Positions 19,197 through 29,793 are shown, counted from the stretch's first letter. The stretch: 64,000 nt of DNA from Ignavibacteriota bacterium (GCA_963776275.1 CAVZMI010000023.1:460063-524062); one strand, 5' to 3'. Program-made: numbers and translations. The notes: generated by a model from the letters alone, not told the origin.

Positions 19197-20159
19197 TCAC
19201 ACTGCTTCAATCGTCGATGGCGGTTTCGTTGTTATGTTATATGTGACACTGACAACACCGGGCACCTTGCGGACAATCTCACGGGAAAGCTTCGCAAGCA
19301 TTTTGAAGGAAAGCCGCGTCGGTGTTGCTGTCCGTGCGTCGACGCTTTCCCAGCAGCGTACTTCGATCTGCTGACCGAAATCGCGTTTGCCGTCGCGCAT
19401 CCCGGTTACACGGTCTTCATGAAGAATGGCCATGTATTGAAATGCACCGGTCCCCTTGAGCATTTTTTCAACAATGACGGTCGCTTTACGAACTGTTTCA
19501 ATGCGATCCGGTGTTACTTCGCCGATTACACGCGCCGAGAGCGCCGGCCCCGGAAAAGGAATGCGTTTGAAGATCCCCTGTGGAAGCCCGAGTGCTTTAC
19601 CGACTTTCCTCACACCATCCTTACGAAGCTGAATCAGTGGCTCGATGATACGGTATCCGAAAGTTTCCTGCGGGTCGATGCCGAGCTGCTCGAAAACATT
19701 ATGTTGCCGCTTGATGCCTGCGATGGTCTCATCGACATCGGTAAGGATTGTTCCCTGGAGAAGATATTTCGCCGCACTATCCCTGACAATTCGGCCAAAG
19801 ACGTTTTTATAAAAAGTCTGGGTTATCGCCTCACGCTTTGCTTCCGGATCTGTAATTCCTTTGAGCGCAGCGAAGAATTCTGCACGTGCATCGACCACTT
19901 CCACTTCTACGCCGAGCTTTTTGAAAATATTAACGACCTGTTCGGGTTCACCCTCACGCATGAGTCCGTTCTGGATGAAGACTGTCTTCAAATGTTTTCC
20001 CAGTGCCCGATGTCCGAGCATCGTAACCGTCGACGAATCGACACCGCCCGAAAGTGCATTGATTACCATCCCGTCACCGACGGCATTTTTAATTTCTTCC
20101 ACCTTATCATTAATGAAACTCCTGGTGTTAAGGGCCCTGGCTGTGATTTCTTTAATCAT
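19197..20159 (-). CDS. GMP synthase ATP-pyrophosphatase subunit (GuaA C-terminal part / GuaAB), no glutaminase domain
   Basis: ALSGGVDS, DPEAKR, LLQGT, IKRQHNV, PFPGPAL, YNITTKPPSTIE. ATG 20159 with AGGAGG RBS. Confidence 0.88.
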   Translation of the reverse strand: MIKEITARALNTRSFINDKVEEIKNAVGDGMVINALSGGVDSSTVTMLGHRALGKHLKTVFIQNGLMREGEPEQVVNIFKKLGVEVEVVDARAEFFAALKGITDPEAKREAITQTFYKNVFGRIVRDSAAKYLLQGTILTDVDETIAGIKRQHNVFEQLGIDPQETFGYRIIEPLIQLRKDGVRKVGKALGLPQGIFKRIPFPGPALSARVIGEVTPDRIETVRKATVIVEKMLKGTGAFQYMAILHEDRVTGMRDGKRDFGQQIEVRCWESVDARTATPTRLSFKMLAKLSREIVRKVPGVVSVTYNITTKPPSTIEAV

Positions 20160-20311
20160 ATGGCAACCTCCTTTACATTTGCTATTACCATTCCAATTAA
20201 TTGTTTGAACAGTATCTTGAGAAAATTTTTCGCAAAAAGCAAAAAATGCGATATTACCACATCGGTCGAATATCTTTGAGGTACTATGCTCCTTCATTTA
20301 TATACGATGAA

Positions 20312-20385
20312 GCAGTCCCGCTTCGACGAGCGTCCGCCTCGTCGAGACCGACGGCAGTCGGGCGAGACGGGAAGCGAGGCGAGAC
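20312..20385. repeat. GC-rich nested palindrome (REP-like)
   Basis: GTCCCGCTTCG..CGACGAG/CTCGTCG..CCGAC/GTCGG..AAGCGAGGC arms. Confidence 0.5.
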
Positions 20386-20474
20386 AGCTTTGCTGTAATT
20401 AAATATTCATAGGGATACTAACAATTCGATGATACCCAAGGTCGTGATTGTAAACAACCTTATGTGAGATTTTT

Positions 20475-23096
20475 TTATTCTAAGAAGCAGACAGCATGCT
20501 GGTGTTGCGGATCGGCTACAACTTTTGCAAATGCACCACGAACCGTCTGAGGCACATCGATTAACTGAAGAATCGGCTCATACTCACCGGCTTGAGGAAA
20601 CAAGTCAAGCAGAACATTCTGAGCCGTGCTAAAGAATTCCCCTTGAAATTCCGTTGCAGAACTATCAGGATAGACCGGTAAATAAATGATCTGACCTTCA
20701 ACCAAATCCTGAAAGAAATGTGTACCATACGATACTTCGGGCACGTGGCCGGCTTCTTCTAAGGCTACCTCGACCAATACCGACGCATTATCGATATCGG
20801 AGTAGGTCACATTGACACCCAGATTGATATTGCCGCTCCCCCATCGACCCGGTCCCATCATGATGATTTTATTCTCCTTGATTTCCTGATGGCGGTTGAT
20901 TTGCCCGACCATGCGGCCGAGTTTCTTTTTTAACTCGAGAGAAGTCAGATGGCTGTAGCATTGGGGATCGATGTAAAGGATATAGCGGATTTTCTCGACA
21001 ATACCGCCGCAGATCATGCGCTGTGAACGAAACAGAATCTGACGCCGCTCAAGGTTTTCCGGTAATGAGACGTTTGCCTGTGAACCGGGTAACATCAGCG
21101 GACGGCATTGCAGGAGATTTATATGGACGCGATCGTCTGAGTCCACAGAGGCTGTAAACTCCGTATCTACCGGTTGTCCGTACGCCTTCTCCAGTATAGT
21201 TAAAATTTTTCCCATCAGCGGCACAAAATCTGTACGGCCGAGCAGGTTATTAAATGTCAGCACCCACTGTCCTGCATCCCCTTCAACCATCCAGGAGATA
21301 GGATCATAGGGATGGTTGTCGCGCATAAGCGAGACAAGCAAATGTAAATTTGGGTATTTGTTGTCGGCCAAAACATCAACAAGGTCTCTGCTGGAAAACT
21401 GATTCGCTTCTATATCGAGTAGGTCCACCTGGTGTTGAGAGTATTTAGCGATCTTGGCCCCCACTTCCGGGCGCAACGATGGATGGCTGATGGCGATCAT
21501 GCGGGGGTAATCCGAACCGATACGCTCTACCGCACGAGTACCCAGTCCGAATACCAGTCGGATCATTCCTTTCCTCGAATCGATGCGGTCATTCCAGGCG
21601 TAGAGATTATGCGAATAGGCGACTCCTGCGAGCGACGGGAAAAAGAAGTGCCGGTACGGCATACCAGATACCCGCTGTACCAGGATAGCCATCTGTTCAT
21701 CGTTTTCGCCTAACCCGCGTTTTCTACGGTAGGAAAGAGCATCAGGGTTGAGAGCGCTTGCATATACTTGTTTGACAGCTTCCATAAAAGCTGCAAGGCG
21801 TGCATCGGGATCACCCTGGTTGGCACAAAAAACACTGCGATACTTACCGGCAAACGCGTTCCCAAAACTATCTTCCAGCAAACTACTGGATCGAATAATG
21901 ATCGGCGCCTGGCCGTAGTAGTCGAGCATCATGCGAAATTGTTCTATAATCGCTGCCGGAAAATCGCCGGCGAGAAAACGCTCTTCCACTTCTTTAAATT
22001 CTTCGATTGAAATTTCTGAACTCCGCGTCAATCGCAAGCGGAGCCGAAAAAGATCGTTGTTGATAAGAAAAGTAAAAAAGACATCCGAGCCGATGTAGAA
22101 CGAGTCGTGGTCTTCAAGCCGTTCGGAAAATTCCATTCCGCTTTTCTCTTTTTCTGCCAGTAAAATTCGCCGCGCCAGCAACATGCCGGCTGCTTTACCG
22201 CCAACGCGTCCGGATCCGATAAGACGGTTCCGTATGGCAAATAGATCTGCCAGTGTAAAATATTGTTCTGCTAGCCGATTAAAGAAAGGATGCTGACCAA
22301 TGAGGAGACGGCAAAATTCTTGCTTCAATGCCAGTTGTTCCGGATCTTTTTCGTCAAGGCCGGTGGAAGAATCTCTGTAGTGCATTAGCTTTTGGTACAC
22401 ACTTTCCCAGGGAGCCAGAGATTGTATCACATCGCCCAAGGGCAATTGTTGAGACGAAGTTAAAACTTCCGACGCCGTACGACTATGTGCAAGTGGTATC
22501 CATTTATCACCGTCGACGATATGAGGCAAAAACATTTGCGGCGAGTACCGATCCCAAACCTTGATGGGATGAAGATACATCTGGCCTTTGGCGTGATAGA
22601 TATCCAGCAGGATTTGTGTCGTATCGCGAATACGGGCAACAGAATGATGTGCATGCTTGCCGCGTGTCAGAGCAAAGTAGGTTACCGTGCCCAGTTCAAA
22701 CAGGTATGGACATGTCACCTGGAAAAAATTCGCGAGCGATTCATCGGTCGCCCATTCTACCACCAGAGTAGATAAATTATCGAAGACATAGAAAACCCTG
22801 GGGCCGTGGGCTTCGATGAGTTGATGAACTTCCCGGGTAAAAGAATCAAAGCCCAGGCCCGGATTAAGCTCGATTGTTTCCAGTCCCGGACGCGGTGCCA
22901 GGACGGGCGGGTGAGAGGCAAATCGTATATAAACCAGCGGCCAGTGTTCATCAATAGCAGCCTTTGCAAAAGGCTCAACGAAGTGACGATAGTCTTCGAG
23001 GCGATCAACCTGTAAGACGACATTGTCGCCCAGCCTGATTCCCTGCAGAACCTCATCCAGGGCAGTAATTCCGCTATGAACTGCATTAGAAATCAT
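20475..23096 (-). CDS. PEP/pyruvate-binding (PPDK_N ATP-grasp) protein with an N-terminal degenerate RecA/KaiC-like domain
   Basis: SGITALDEVL.G...GDNV N-terminus, GGKAAG, IRSSSLLED....FAGKY, MAILVQ, GLGTRAV, LLQCRP, GPGRWGS, SYGTHFFQDL. Confidence 0.85.
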   Translation of the reverse strand: MISNAVHSGITALDEVLQGIRLGDNVVLQVDRLEDYRHFVEPFAKAAIDEHWPLVYIRFASHPPVLAPRPGLETIELNPGLGFDSFTREVHQLIEAHGPRVFYVFDNLSTLVVEWATDESLANFFQVTCPYLFELGTVTYFALTRGKHAHHSVARIRDTTQILLDIYHAKGQMYLHPIKVWDRYSPQMFLPHIVDGDKWIPLAHSRTASEVLTSSQQLPLGDVIQSLAPWESVYQKLMHYRDSSTGLDEKDPEQLALKQEFCRLLIGQHPFFNRLAEQYFTLADLFAIRNRLIGSGRVGGKAAGMLLARRILLAEKEKSGMEFSERLEDHDSFYIGSDVFFTFLINNDLFRLRLRLTRSSEISIEEFKEVEERFLAGDFPAAIIEQFRMMLDYYGQAPIIIRSSSLLEDSFGNAFAGKYRSVFCANQGDPDARLAAFMEAVKQVYASALNPDALSYRRKRGLGENDEQMAILVQRVSGMPYRHFFFPSLAGVAYSHNLYAWNDRIDSRKGMIRLVFGLGTRAVERIGSDYPRMIAISHPSLRPEVGAKIAKYSQHQVDLLDIEANQFSSRDLVDVLADNKYPNLHLLVSLMRDNHPYDPISWMVEGDAGQWVLTFNNLLGRTDFVPLMGKILTILEKAYGQPVDTEFTASVDSDDRVHINLLQCRPLMLPGSQANVSLPENLERRQILFRSQRMICGGIVEKIRYILYIDPQCYSHLTSLELKKKLGRMVGQINRHQEIKENKIIMMGPGRWGSGNINLGVNVTYSDIDNASVLVEVALEEAGHVPEVSYGTHFFQDLVEGQIIYLPVYPDSSATEFQGEFFSTAQNVLLDLFPQAGEYEPILQLIDVPQTVRGAFAKVVADPQHQHAVCFLE

Positions 23097-23249
23097 ACTA
23101 TTATATTCTCAAGTCAACAAATTACCCTTATTAATGGAAATGGGGTTGTATCTCTGTCTCCTAGTATTCATTTTATTATTTCTTACATAAAAAACAAGTG
23201 ACTTGAGTAAAAAAGAATGGAGTAAAAAGGGGGATAGAAAATGTGACTG

Positions 23250-23856
23250 TCACTCCAGCACCTTCAACATTTCGCTCGCAATAAGGCGGTTTCCCTCATC
23301 GTTCATATGAACACTATCGTAGGTCAGGATACCGGCTTCTTTATTGTCAGGATTATTCGTTTTGAGGTACTTGACAAATGCTTTTCGCAAATCGCAAATA
23401 GTGCTGCCCATTTCCCATGCCACACTCCGGCAGATTTCGGAATATTCATCGAGCTGCATATCAAGCTGATTGCTGCCGTCCCATTTCTCGCCTATAACAC
23501 TTGGAGTACAGAGAATAACCCGACCGCCGGTATGCTGGATTTTCGCAATGACTTCCTTCAGGCCCGATATATAGATATCTTTTGGTGTGCCGCTTAGTCC
23601 GGGAGTAATAGTATGCCAGAACGTCGTTGATCCCGATATAAACGAAAACGATATCCGGTTTCTTTGCAATCACATCCCGATCGACTCGCATCTGAAGGTC
23701 TGTCACCTTGTTGCCGCCGATACCCGCCCCAATAATCTCAACCGAAGGCCACTTTTTCATCAGCTGGTTTTTTATAAGCGTGATGTACCCTTCGGGTTGC
23801 AGCCCTAATTCAGTAATTGAATCGCCAAAGAATATGATTCTGCCGGCACTTTTCAA
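23250..23856 (-). pseudogene. SGNH/GDSL hydrolase with a frameshift at ~23620 and a degraded N-terminus
   Basis: FFGDSIT, GIGGNKV, IGIND in one frame and WH...TPSVIGE...D.VH in another. In-frame TGA just upstream. Confidence 0.7.
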
Positions 23857-24020
23857 GGAACTTTTCCTTCAATGCAACTGGCAAGTACCTGTCGAAAAAA
23901 ATGGTTGTTAAAAATTCAGATGAACCAGGACCGATTCCTTTCTTTTGCAGATTCACATTCCCATTGAACGTATGATATTAACCTATATCAAATCCTTACC
24001 AAAACTGCTTGAAGACCTGT

Positions 24021-24449
24021 CTAAATTGAAGTGCCGACACCCTGACTTCCGGATACAGGATTGAAGAGTTTTATTGTCTCGTTATTCAGCAGCACCCAGA
24101 TACTATAGACCCCTAATATCGTACCGAGTGGAACGCGCACCAGGTTAAAGAACGAGATAACAAGGAGGAGAATTCTCGCCCATTCCTTACGCTTGAGCAC
24201 ACCTATCGCCCCTATGATTCCCAAGATAGAGAATGAAATAATAATTATTGCTACAATCAAGAGAATGAGCGGTATGATATTCAACACTTCGATGGGAATC
24301 TCGTGCGGTTTGATGGAACCTGATCTGATAAGAAAATCGAAAAGACCTCCAAACCCCATTGCAATAACAATGAGAACCATTGCGACGATAATAGCCAGAC
24401 CGCGGTAGACGATGTTAAGAACTCCGACCAGTGTAATGTGTTTTTCCAT
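24021..24449 (-). CDS. Small integral membrane protein
   Basis: Several TM helices, WARILL...PLGTILGVYSIWVL, AGGAG RBS. Confidence 0.75.
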   Translation of the reverse strand: MEKHITLVGVLNIVYRGLAIIVAMVLIVIAMGFGGLFDFLIRSGSIKPHEIPIEVLNIIPLILLIVAIIIISFSILGIIGAIGVLKRKEWARILLLVISFFNLVRVPLGTILGVYSIWVLLNNETIKLFNPVSGSQGVGTSI

Positions 24450-24524
24450 TTTTTCTCCTTTTAGGATGTCATTAAGATAATCGCTTCCAAATTCATATTT
24501 CTATACGCATTCATTCAGAGAAAG

Positions 24525-25475
24525 TTATACCCTCATATTGTTTATCGCTTGAATAACCTCTTGCGAGGAAATATCACGAATCGTCCTTCCCGGCGCAGGC
24601 CGCAGAACAGTACACTGCTGTCCCAGAGGTCGAAATTTGCGATAGTTCCATTCTACATCCGGAAATAATGCCACCTGTGGAATGTTAAACGCAGAAGCAA
24701 TATGGACAATCGACGTATCGGGAGTGACGACAAGATGTGCATGGGGCATTAATGCGATGACATCATCGATTGCAGGGGAACTGAACAGCGTAATATCCGG
24801 AATATCTCTGAGAAGAGTCCCGGCATTTTTTCGATCTCTCGGATGAAAGACGATTAAAACCTTATATCCCCGGGACAAACAGTATCTAGCCGATTCTTTC
24901 CATTTTTCGACCGGCCAGTATCTCGACTCATCCCCAGCGGATATATTGAGCAGTATCCTCTTTGAATCCCCAGCACCGATATGAAACACGACTCTTTGTT
25001 CTGCGCGTGAATCGATAAATAATTCCGGCGTGAGGTTGTGTAAACCTTGAATGCCTAGATGTTCAAGGGTGCGAAGATTGCGCTCCACCGCATGAAGTCC
25101 GGAAAAATCTTCCTGAGATGGGATCCCGGTTGTAAATCTTTTTTCACCTGCCCTGTTATATCCGATGGAATTCTTCGCTCCTCCAATTCGTGCAAGAAAC
25201 GATCCCTCCCTCGAATAATGATCCTTCGGATCAATCCACCAATCATAATGCTCAAGCTGCAAACGAATAATCAGTGCCGCGAGTGAAAATGGATCTTTTC
25301 TGTACACGATGATTTTTTGCAGCCGCGGATTATTCTTCACGACAGGAACACCATGCCGCGACACGAGGATGTGAATTCGTGCCCCGGGCATCGCCTCTGA
25401 GATAGCGCGAAACATCGGCGTTGTGAGGATAGCATCGCCGATGCGGCCTATCTGGACAATAAGGATCTTCATCAA
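24525..25475 (-). CDS. Glycosyltransferase family 9 (ADP-heptose:LPS heptosyltransferase-like)
   Basis: RIGDAILTTP, RYWP, TPDTSIVHIASAF..PQVALF. Confidence 0.9.
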   Translation of the reverse strand: MMKILIVQIGRIGDAILTTPMFRAISEAMPGARIHILVSRHGVPVVKNNPRLQKIIVYRKDPFSLAALIIRLQLEHYDWWIDPKDHYSREGSFLARIGGAKNSIGYNRAGEKRFTTGIPSQEDFSGLHAVERNLRTLEHLGIQGLHNLTPELFIDSRAEQRVVFHIGAGDSKRILLNISAGDESRYWPVEKWKESARYCLSRGYKVLIVFHPRDRKNAGTLLRDIPDITLFSSPAIDDVIALMPHAHLVVTPDTSIVHIASAFNIPQVALFPDVEWNYRKFRPLGQQCTVLRPAPGRTIRDISSQEVIQAINNMRV

Positions 25476-25740
25476 AATATTGCGCTTCTATTCAACGTAT
25501 CAACATCATTTTCTTCGTCTCGATGTATGAGCCGACTTTCAACCGATAGAAATAGTATAAAATAAAAACCCTGTGGATGTCGAATTTAACGATAGTTGTA
25601 TAATGAATATTTTCCTGAATAGCAAGTCTTTCATCTTTTGAGTATAAGGGCGATCATTGCGTCAAATCGGGTTTCGGGAAGATACTCTATGAACTTCTGA
25701 ATGGCGTTTATAACTTATTGGACTTTCAATTTCACTGTTT

Positions 25741-26289
25741 TTATTTCTCACTGAGCAGTTTTTGAATTTCATTTTCAAACATACTCTGTGTATGATACCC
25801 CTGAAGCACGTTTCGTACGATCCCTTTCCTGTCGATCACAAATGTCGTGGGGATTGCCTCGAAATTTCCGTAATTCATAACAACCTCATACGATGCCATC
25901 AACTGTGGATAATTCATTCCGGCACTTTTCACAAAATTTTTAACGATGCGGGGGCCATTCTCATCAAGCGATACTCCGATAAATGTAAATCCTTTTTTCT
26001 CATATTTTTTCTGCAATAGAATAAATGCGGGGATCTCAACCCGGCATGGCGGGCACCAAGTTGCCCAAAAATTGAGGATAATAACCTTACCCTTAAATTC
26101 CGAGAATGACATGGCCTTTCCATCAAGATTGTTAAGTACAAACTCCGGGGCCGGTTGTCCTATAAGCGAACCTGTCGATGGCTGCGTCGCAGCCAGCATG
26201 TTAATTCTAATAAAAAAAATGACAAGAAATATGCTTATCACCATCAGTGCGGAGTGTTTATGTATTCCTCTCTGCTGCATATCCTTCAT
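25741..26289 (-). CDS. TlpA/ResA-like thiol-disulfide reductase
   Basis: APEF, NFWATWCPPCR.EIP, IPTTFVIDR.G. Start codon uncertain (ORF extends to 26346). Confidence 0.9.
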   Translation of the reverse strand: MKDMQQRGIHKHSALMVISIFLVIFFIRINMLAATQPSTGSLIGQPAPEFVLNNLDGKAMSFSEFKGKVIILNFWATWCPPCRVEIPAFILLQKKYEKKGFTFIGVSLDENGPRIVKNFVKSAGMNYPQLMASYEVVMNYGNFEAIPTTFVIDRKGIVRNVLQGYHTQSMFENEIQKLLSEK

Positions 26290-26338
26290 AGACATACAAC
26301 CCTTCGATAATAGACTTTTCAACGCGTTCATCTGCAAC

Positions 26339-26566
26339 CTATGCAATTCCGCATGAACCGCCGCAGCATTCGGAAGAACATGGCGGCATATCGGATTCGC
26401 TTTTTTTACCCGCTCCCGACCTACCTACATTGGTTGTCGACATTAAACGGCTATAGTGCGTCGACCGACAGTCCGGGCAAACAATATCATCGATCACTTC
26501 ACGAGAGAGATGTAATATCTCATATTTCGATCCGCATTCATTGCATTTATATTCGTATATTGGCAT
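26339..26566 (-). CDS. FmdB-family zinc-ribbon regulatory protein
   Basis: MPIYEYKC..CG...CPDC and a Cys-rich tail (CCGGSC). Confidence 0.9.
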   Translation of the reverse strand: MPIYEYKCNECGSKYEILHLSREVIDDIVCPDCRSTHYSRLMSTTNVGRSGAGKKSESDMPPCSSECCGGSCGIA

Positions 26567-26570
26567 AATA

Positions 26571-27021
26571 TTATGATACTATTGAAATCGATGGTTTAAC
26601 TTCAACAGGTGTATTAATTGAATTCGCAATCACACATCCTTCATGCGCTTCGCGTACAATTTGTGCGACATCGGCTTCCGTAACGCTCCCCTTCACGTTA
26701 ATTCTCGGCAGTATCCGGGCACTTACAAATCGATAATTGCCTTCGACGAAATCGAGCGTCGCTTCTGCTTCGCTTTTATACGAAATCAGGATAATCCCTT
26801 TCCGGAGAAGGGAAGCGACAAAGGTATTCATCAGGCAAATATTCAGTGCCGCCACGAAGAGATCTTCAGGAGTCCAGACATTTGGAACTCCTTTAAATTC
26901 AGGTGGACTCGCCACCGAGATATCGGGTTTTCCCTCTCCTCGCAGAAGACCGGTGCGTTCCCCGGTTCCATTGCACCTTTGTTTTATATTGAAACACTTT
27001 ATACTTCTTCATTGGTTCCAT
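26571..27021 (-). CDS. OsmC-family peroxiredoxin, apparent +1 frameshift at ~26966
   Basis: SPPEFKG...WTPEDLFVAAL..C and AHEGC.IANS. Removing one base joins MEPMKKYKVFQYKTKVQWTGERTG. Confidence 0.85.
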
Positions 27022-27067
27022 ATCGATTCATATCCTTTATTATACATTGGTTTTGTGAACTAAAGAG

Positions 27068-27331
27068 TCACCCATGGGAATGTGAAAGATTTTTCCCGGA
27101 TTTTGACCGTTCCTTTTTAAGTGACTTCAGCAAGAGTTTCTGAACAGCAGGAGGAACCGGTCCGGTTGTATAACTACGATACAGCTTTACCGTTTCTTTC
27201 ATTGAAGCGAGATAGGCGCTGCAGTCCGGGCATTCGGCAAGATGGCGGTGTATTTCGATGCAGCGCGGAGAATCGACATCGGCATCGAGATTGTCACAGA
27301 TGAAACGGAGCACTTGAGTACACTTCTTCAT
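27068..27331 (-). CDS. Soluble zinc-binding anti-sigma factor (zf-HC2/ZAS)
   Basis: HLAECPDC (HxxxCxxC) plus three more Cys. Starts right after the ECF sigma stop. Confidence 0.85.
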   Translation of the reverse strand: MKKCTQVLRFICDNLDADVDSPRCIEIHRHLAECPDCSAYLASMKETVKLYRSYTTGPVPPAVQKLLLKSLKKERSKSGKNLSHSHG

Positions 27332-27332
27332 G

Positions 27333-27926
27333 CTACTTCCCCATATACGGGTCGAGCTGATTTCTGAGAAAAATCCGTGCGCGGCGCAGACGCGATTTAA
27401 CAGCCGGAATGCTGAGATGAAGAATCCTTGCCGTTTCTGCAGCAGACTGTTCTTCGACATCACGCAAGATAAACACCACTCTGTATTCCATCGGTAGTTT
27501 TTGAATCGCACGATCAAGATGCTCTTTCAACTCATGGTTCATGACACCGGCGATCGGCGAATCATTCCAGGTGCCGCTATGTTCACCCGGTTCTTCATGA
27601 TCCGGAAATTCGGAATCGAGTGAAATCGATTCATCGTCCAACCTCCTGCGGCGATGTTTCATCAGGCAGTTATTTGCAACGATACTGTAAAGCCACGTTG
27701 AGAATTTCGATCGACCGTCGAACTGGTCGAGCTTCCTGTAGACATTCACGAAGGTATCCTGTAACGTCTCGGCTGCTTTGTCCTTATTCCGGCAGACTTT
27801 GAAAGCAAATCCGTATACTATCTGTTCATACCGGCGCACAAGTAGTGTAAATGCCTTTTCGTCACCCCTGCGTGCCCGTTCAATAAGGATCAGATCTCCG
27901 GCAGTATTATCCCGTTGCGTCGTCAT
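27333..27926 (-). CDS. ECF RNA polymerase sigma factor
   Basis: GDEKAF..LV.RY, F..RSKFSTWLY.I..N, LP..YR.VF.LRD, AVKSRLRRAR. Confidence 0.93.
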   Translation of the reverse strand: MTTQRDNTAGDLILIERARRGDEKAFTLLVRRYEQIVYGFAFKVCRNKDKAAETLQDTFVNVYRKLDQFDGRSKFSTWLYSIVANNCLMKHRRRRLDDESISLDSEFPDHEEPGEHSGTWNDSPIAGVMNHELKEHLDRAIQKLPMEYRVVFILRDVEEQSAAETARILHLSIPAVKSRLRRARIFLRNQLDPYMGK

Positions 27927-27981
27927 ATAATATGATGCAACAATTCTATAAAAGATTCAATATGCCTTAATACAATTTCTA

Positions 27982-29184
27982 TTAACGACATCGTATTATA
28001 ATGATTGATATTTCTGCCGGTGCCTGAAAGCGAAAAGGCGCCCCTGTCAGGCCGATGCCATTCGTCACACTGACAAGCATAGATCCGACATTGTAAAAAC
28101 CTTTAACATATGGGGTCTCGATTCTAGACAGAATAATCGGCCACCATGGAAGTCCGAGTACGACTTGCCCGCCATGTGTATGACCGCTTAAAAACAGGTT
28201 GTATCTGTGCTGCGAGGCGCTGTCGACAAGCCACCGCACGGCCGAGTGAGTGAACAGGATTTGGAGATCGGCAGAATCTGTTCCCTGTTTTGAAAATATC
28301 GATGGAGCCGCCCATCGCCCGTAGAAATTATTAATCCCGAAAAGTTTTATATTTGACATTCCAGCACGAATCGTCGATACCGAGTCTTCGAGAACGATCA
28401 CACCATTCTCACGAAGATGCTTCGTCACCTGTTCCGCATCCGCCCACGCGTCATGATTTCCCAGGCAGGCATAAGTTCCGTACTTCGCATTCATTTTGCC
28501 GATGACTCGGGCACCTTGTTGAATATATTTTGTCCCTGCCGTTACGATATCTCCGGTAAAAATTATCAGATCGGGTTGGAGTGCCTGGACTTTCTGAATA
28601 GCATCAGTAAATATTGTGCCACTCGTGCGATCATCCACCTGAATATCGCTTACATGGACAATCCGAAATCCATCCAATGATTTCGGAAGCTCCGGAATAA
28701 TATATTCTTTTATTGAAATCCGGACCGATGATGTATCGCTTATGATCTTCACCAGAACGTAGCAAATCATAGGCACGGTGAATGCGATGATAATTCTACC
28801 CTGCAGGTGGAGCCACCGCTCCTTTGAGTGTCTGTACAGCCAGTATAGGAACATTCTTAAAAGATCGGTGAGAATAAATGCGATCCCGAGTTGTGCCGTG
28901 CAAACAAGACCGTACCAGTAGGGATAGATAAAGATAAAATCGATGACTCTTATCTGGCCCAGGGCAACTCCCACAGCCCATGGACGATCAATAAAATAAG
29001 CGGCCAGAAGCAATAGAGGAACGCAGAACAACCAAGCAGCGATGATAAAAAGGATTTTTTTTACTCTGCGTCGCTGAAATTGAAATCCATAGACAAGAGC
29101 GTTTGTGAGTTTCTTCCCGACATACCAGTATAAAAACAGAAAGGGAACCGCAAGGACAAGATGCAGATAGATCGGCCAGGGCAT
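27982..29184 (-). CDS. Membrane-anchored metallophosphoesterase (YkuE-like)
   Basis: Four N-terminal TMs, SDIQ, TGDIV, LGNHD, SGHTHGGQ. Confidence 0.88.
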   Translation of the reverse strand: MPWPIYLHLVLAVPFLFLYWYVGKKLTNALVYGFQFQRRRVKKILFIIAAWLFCVPLLLLAAYFIDRPWAVGVALGQIRVIDFIFIYPYWYGLVCTAQLGIAFILTDLLRMFLYWLYRHSKERWLHLQGRIIIAFTVPMICYVLVKIISDTSSVRISIKEYIIPELPKSLDGFRIVHVSDIQVDDRTSGTIFTDAIQKVQALQPDLIIFTGDIVTAGTKYIQQGARVIGKMNAKYGTYACLGNHDAWADAEQVTKHLRENGVIVLEDSVSTIRAGMSNIKLFGINNFYGRWAAPSIFSKQGTDSADLQILFTHSAVRWLVDSASQHRYNLFLSGHTHGGQVVLGLPWWPIILSRIETPYVKGFYNVGSMLVSVTNGIGLTGAPFRFQAPAEISIIIIRCR

Positions 29185-29393
29185 AGAATAAGGTTGATAA
29201 TGGTTATAGAAAAAAACAAGTCTTTAAATATACCAAACAGAGAGGAAAAAATCAGTAGGAAAAATATGATGTGATTCCAAAAGGATTGAATAGATATCGT
29301 TCGGCAACCTTCGATAAAGGCATGCCCTATGTTCTGCTGACAATTTCTCCGCGGAGGTTTGCGGTTCCGCTGTCGTAAACATATGAGTATATT

Positions 29394-29771
29394 TTATGAA
29401 TCCAGCCCCACATCAACGATTGGCAGATCCCAGTGTGCAAGCAGGATCTCGAACCGCCGCTGTTCTTCCTTCTGAAATGTCTTCTGATCCGGGTACAATT
29501 TTCTCTTCAGGGCACTTTCATCGAATCCGGAATCCAGCATCTGAATATTTTTCCATACAATCGTAATCCTGTAATCCCAACGTCCATCTTCGGTGGCATG
29601 AAAGCGCGGCCTCGCGGCCGTGATCTGTAAAATTTGACCCATTTCCATTCGTTTTTGCAGCACCGGGTAATGGTTTTTCTTGAATAGCCGGATGAATTCA
29701 TCCGCGTACCCCCATCGGGCTTTATAATAATATTCCACGGTGTATGGTTTGTTGTTTTCGTGTAATTTCAT
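29394..29771 (-). CDS. Conserved hypothetical protein (dimeric alpha/beta-barrel-like)
   Basis: AGGAG RBS, YYKARWG.ADEF..LFKKNHYP, EEQRRFEILLAHWD. Confidence 0.65.
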   Translation of the reverse strand: MKLHENNKPYTVEYYYKARWGYADEFIRLFKKNHYPVLQKRMEMGQILQITAARPRFHATEDGRWDYRITIVWKNIQMLDSGFDESALKRKLYPDQKTFQKEEQRRFEILLAHWDLPIVDVGLDS

Positions 29772-29793
29772 TGCGTTATTTTTCTCCTTATCC

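Noticed and set aside
19110-20279. 389-aa plus-strand ORF
   Set aside because: Antisense shadow of the GMP synthase subunit with no recognisable motifs.
20160-20300. Purine riboswitch upstream of the GMP synthase subunit
   Set aside because: Conserved purine-aptamer core sequences were not found.
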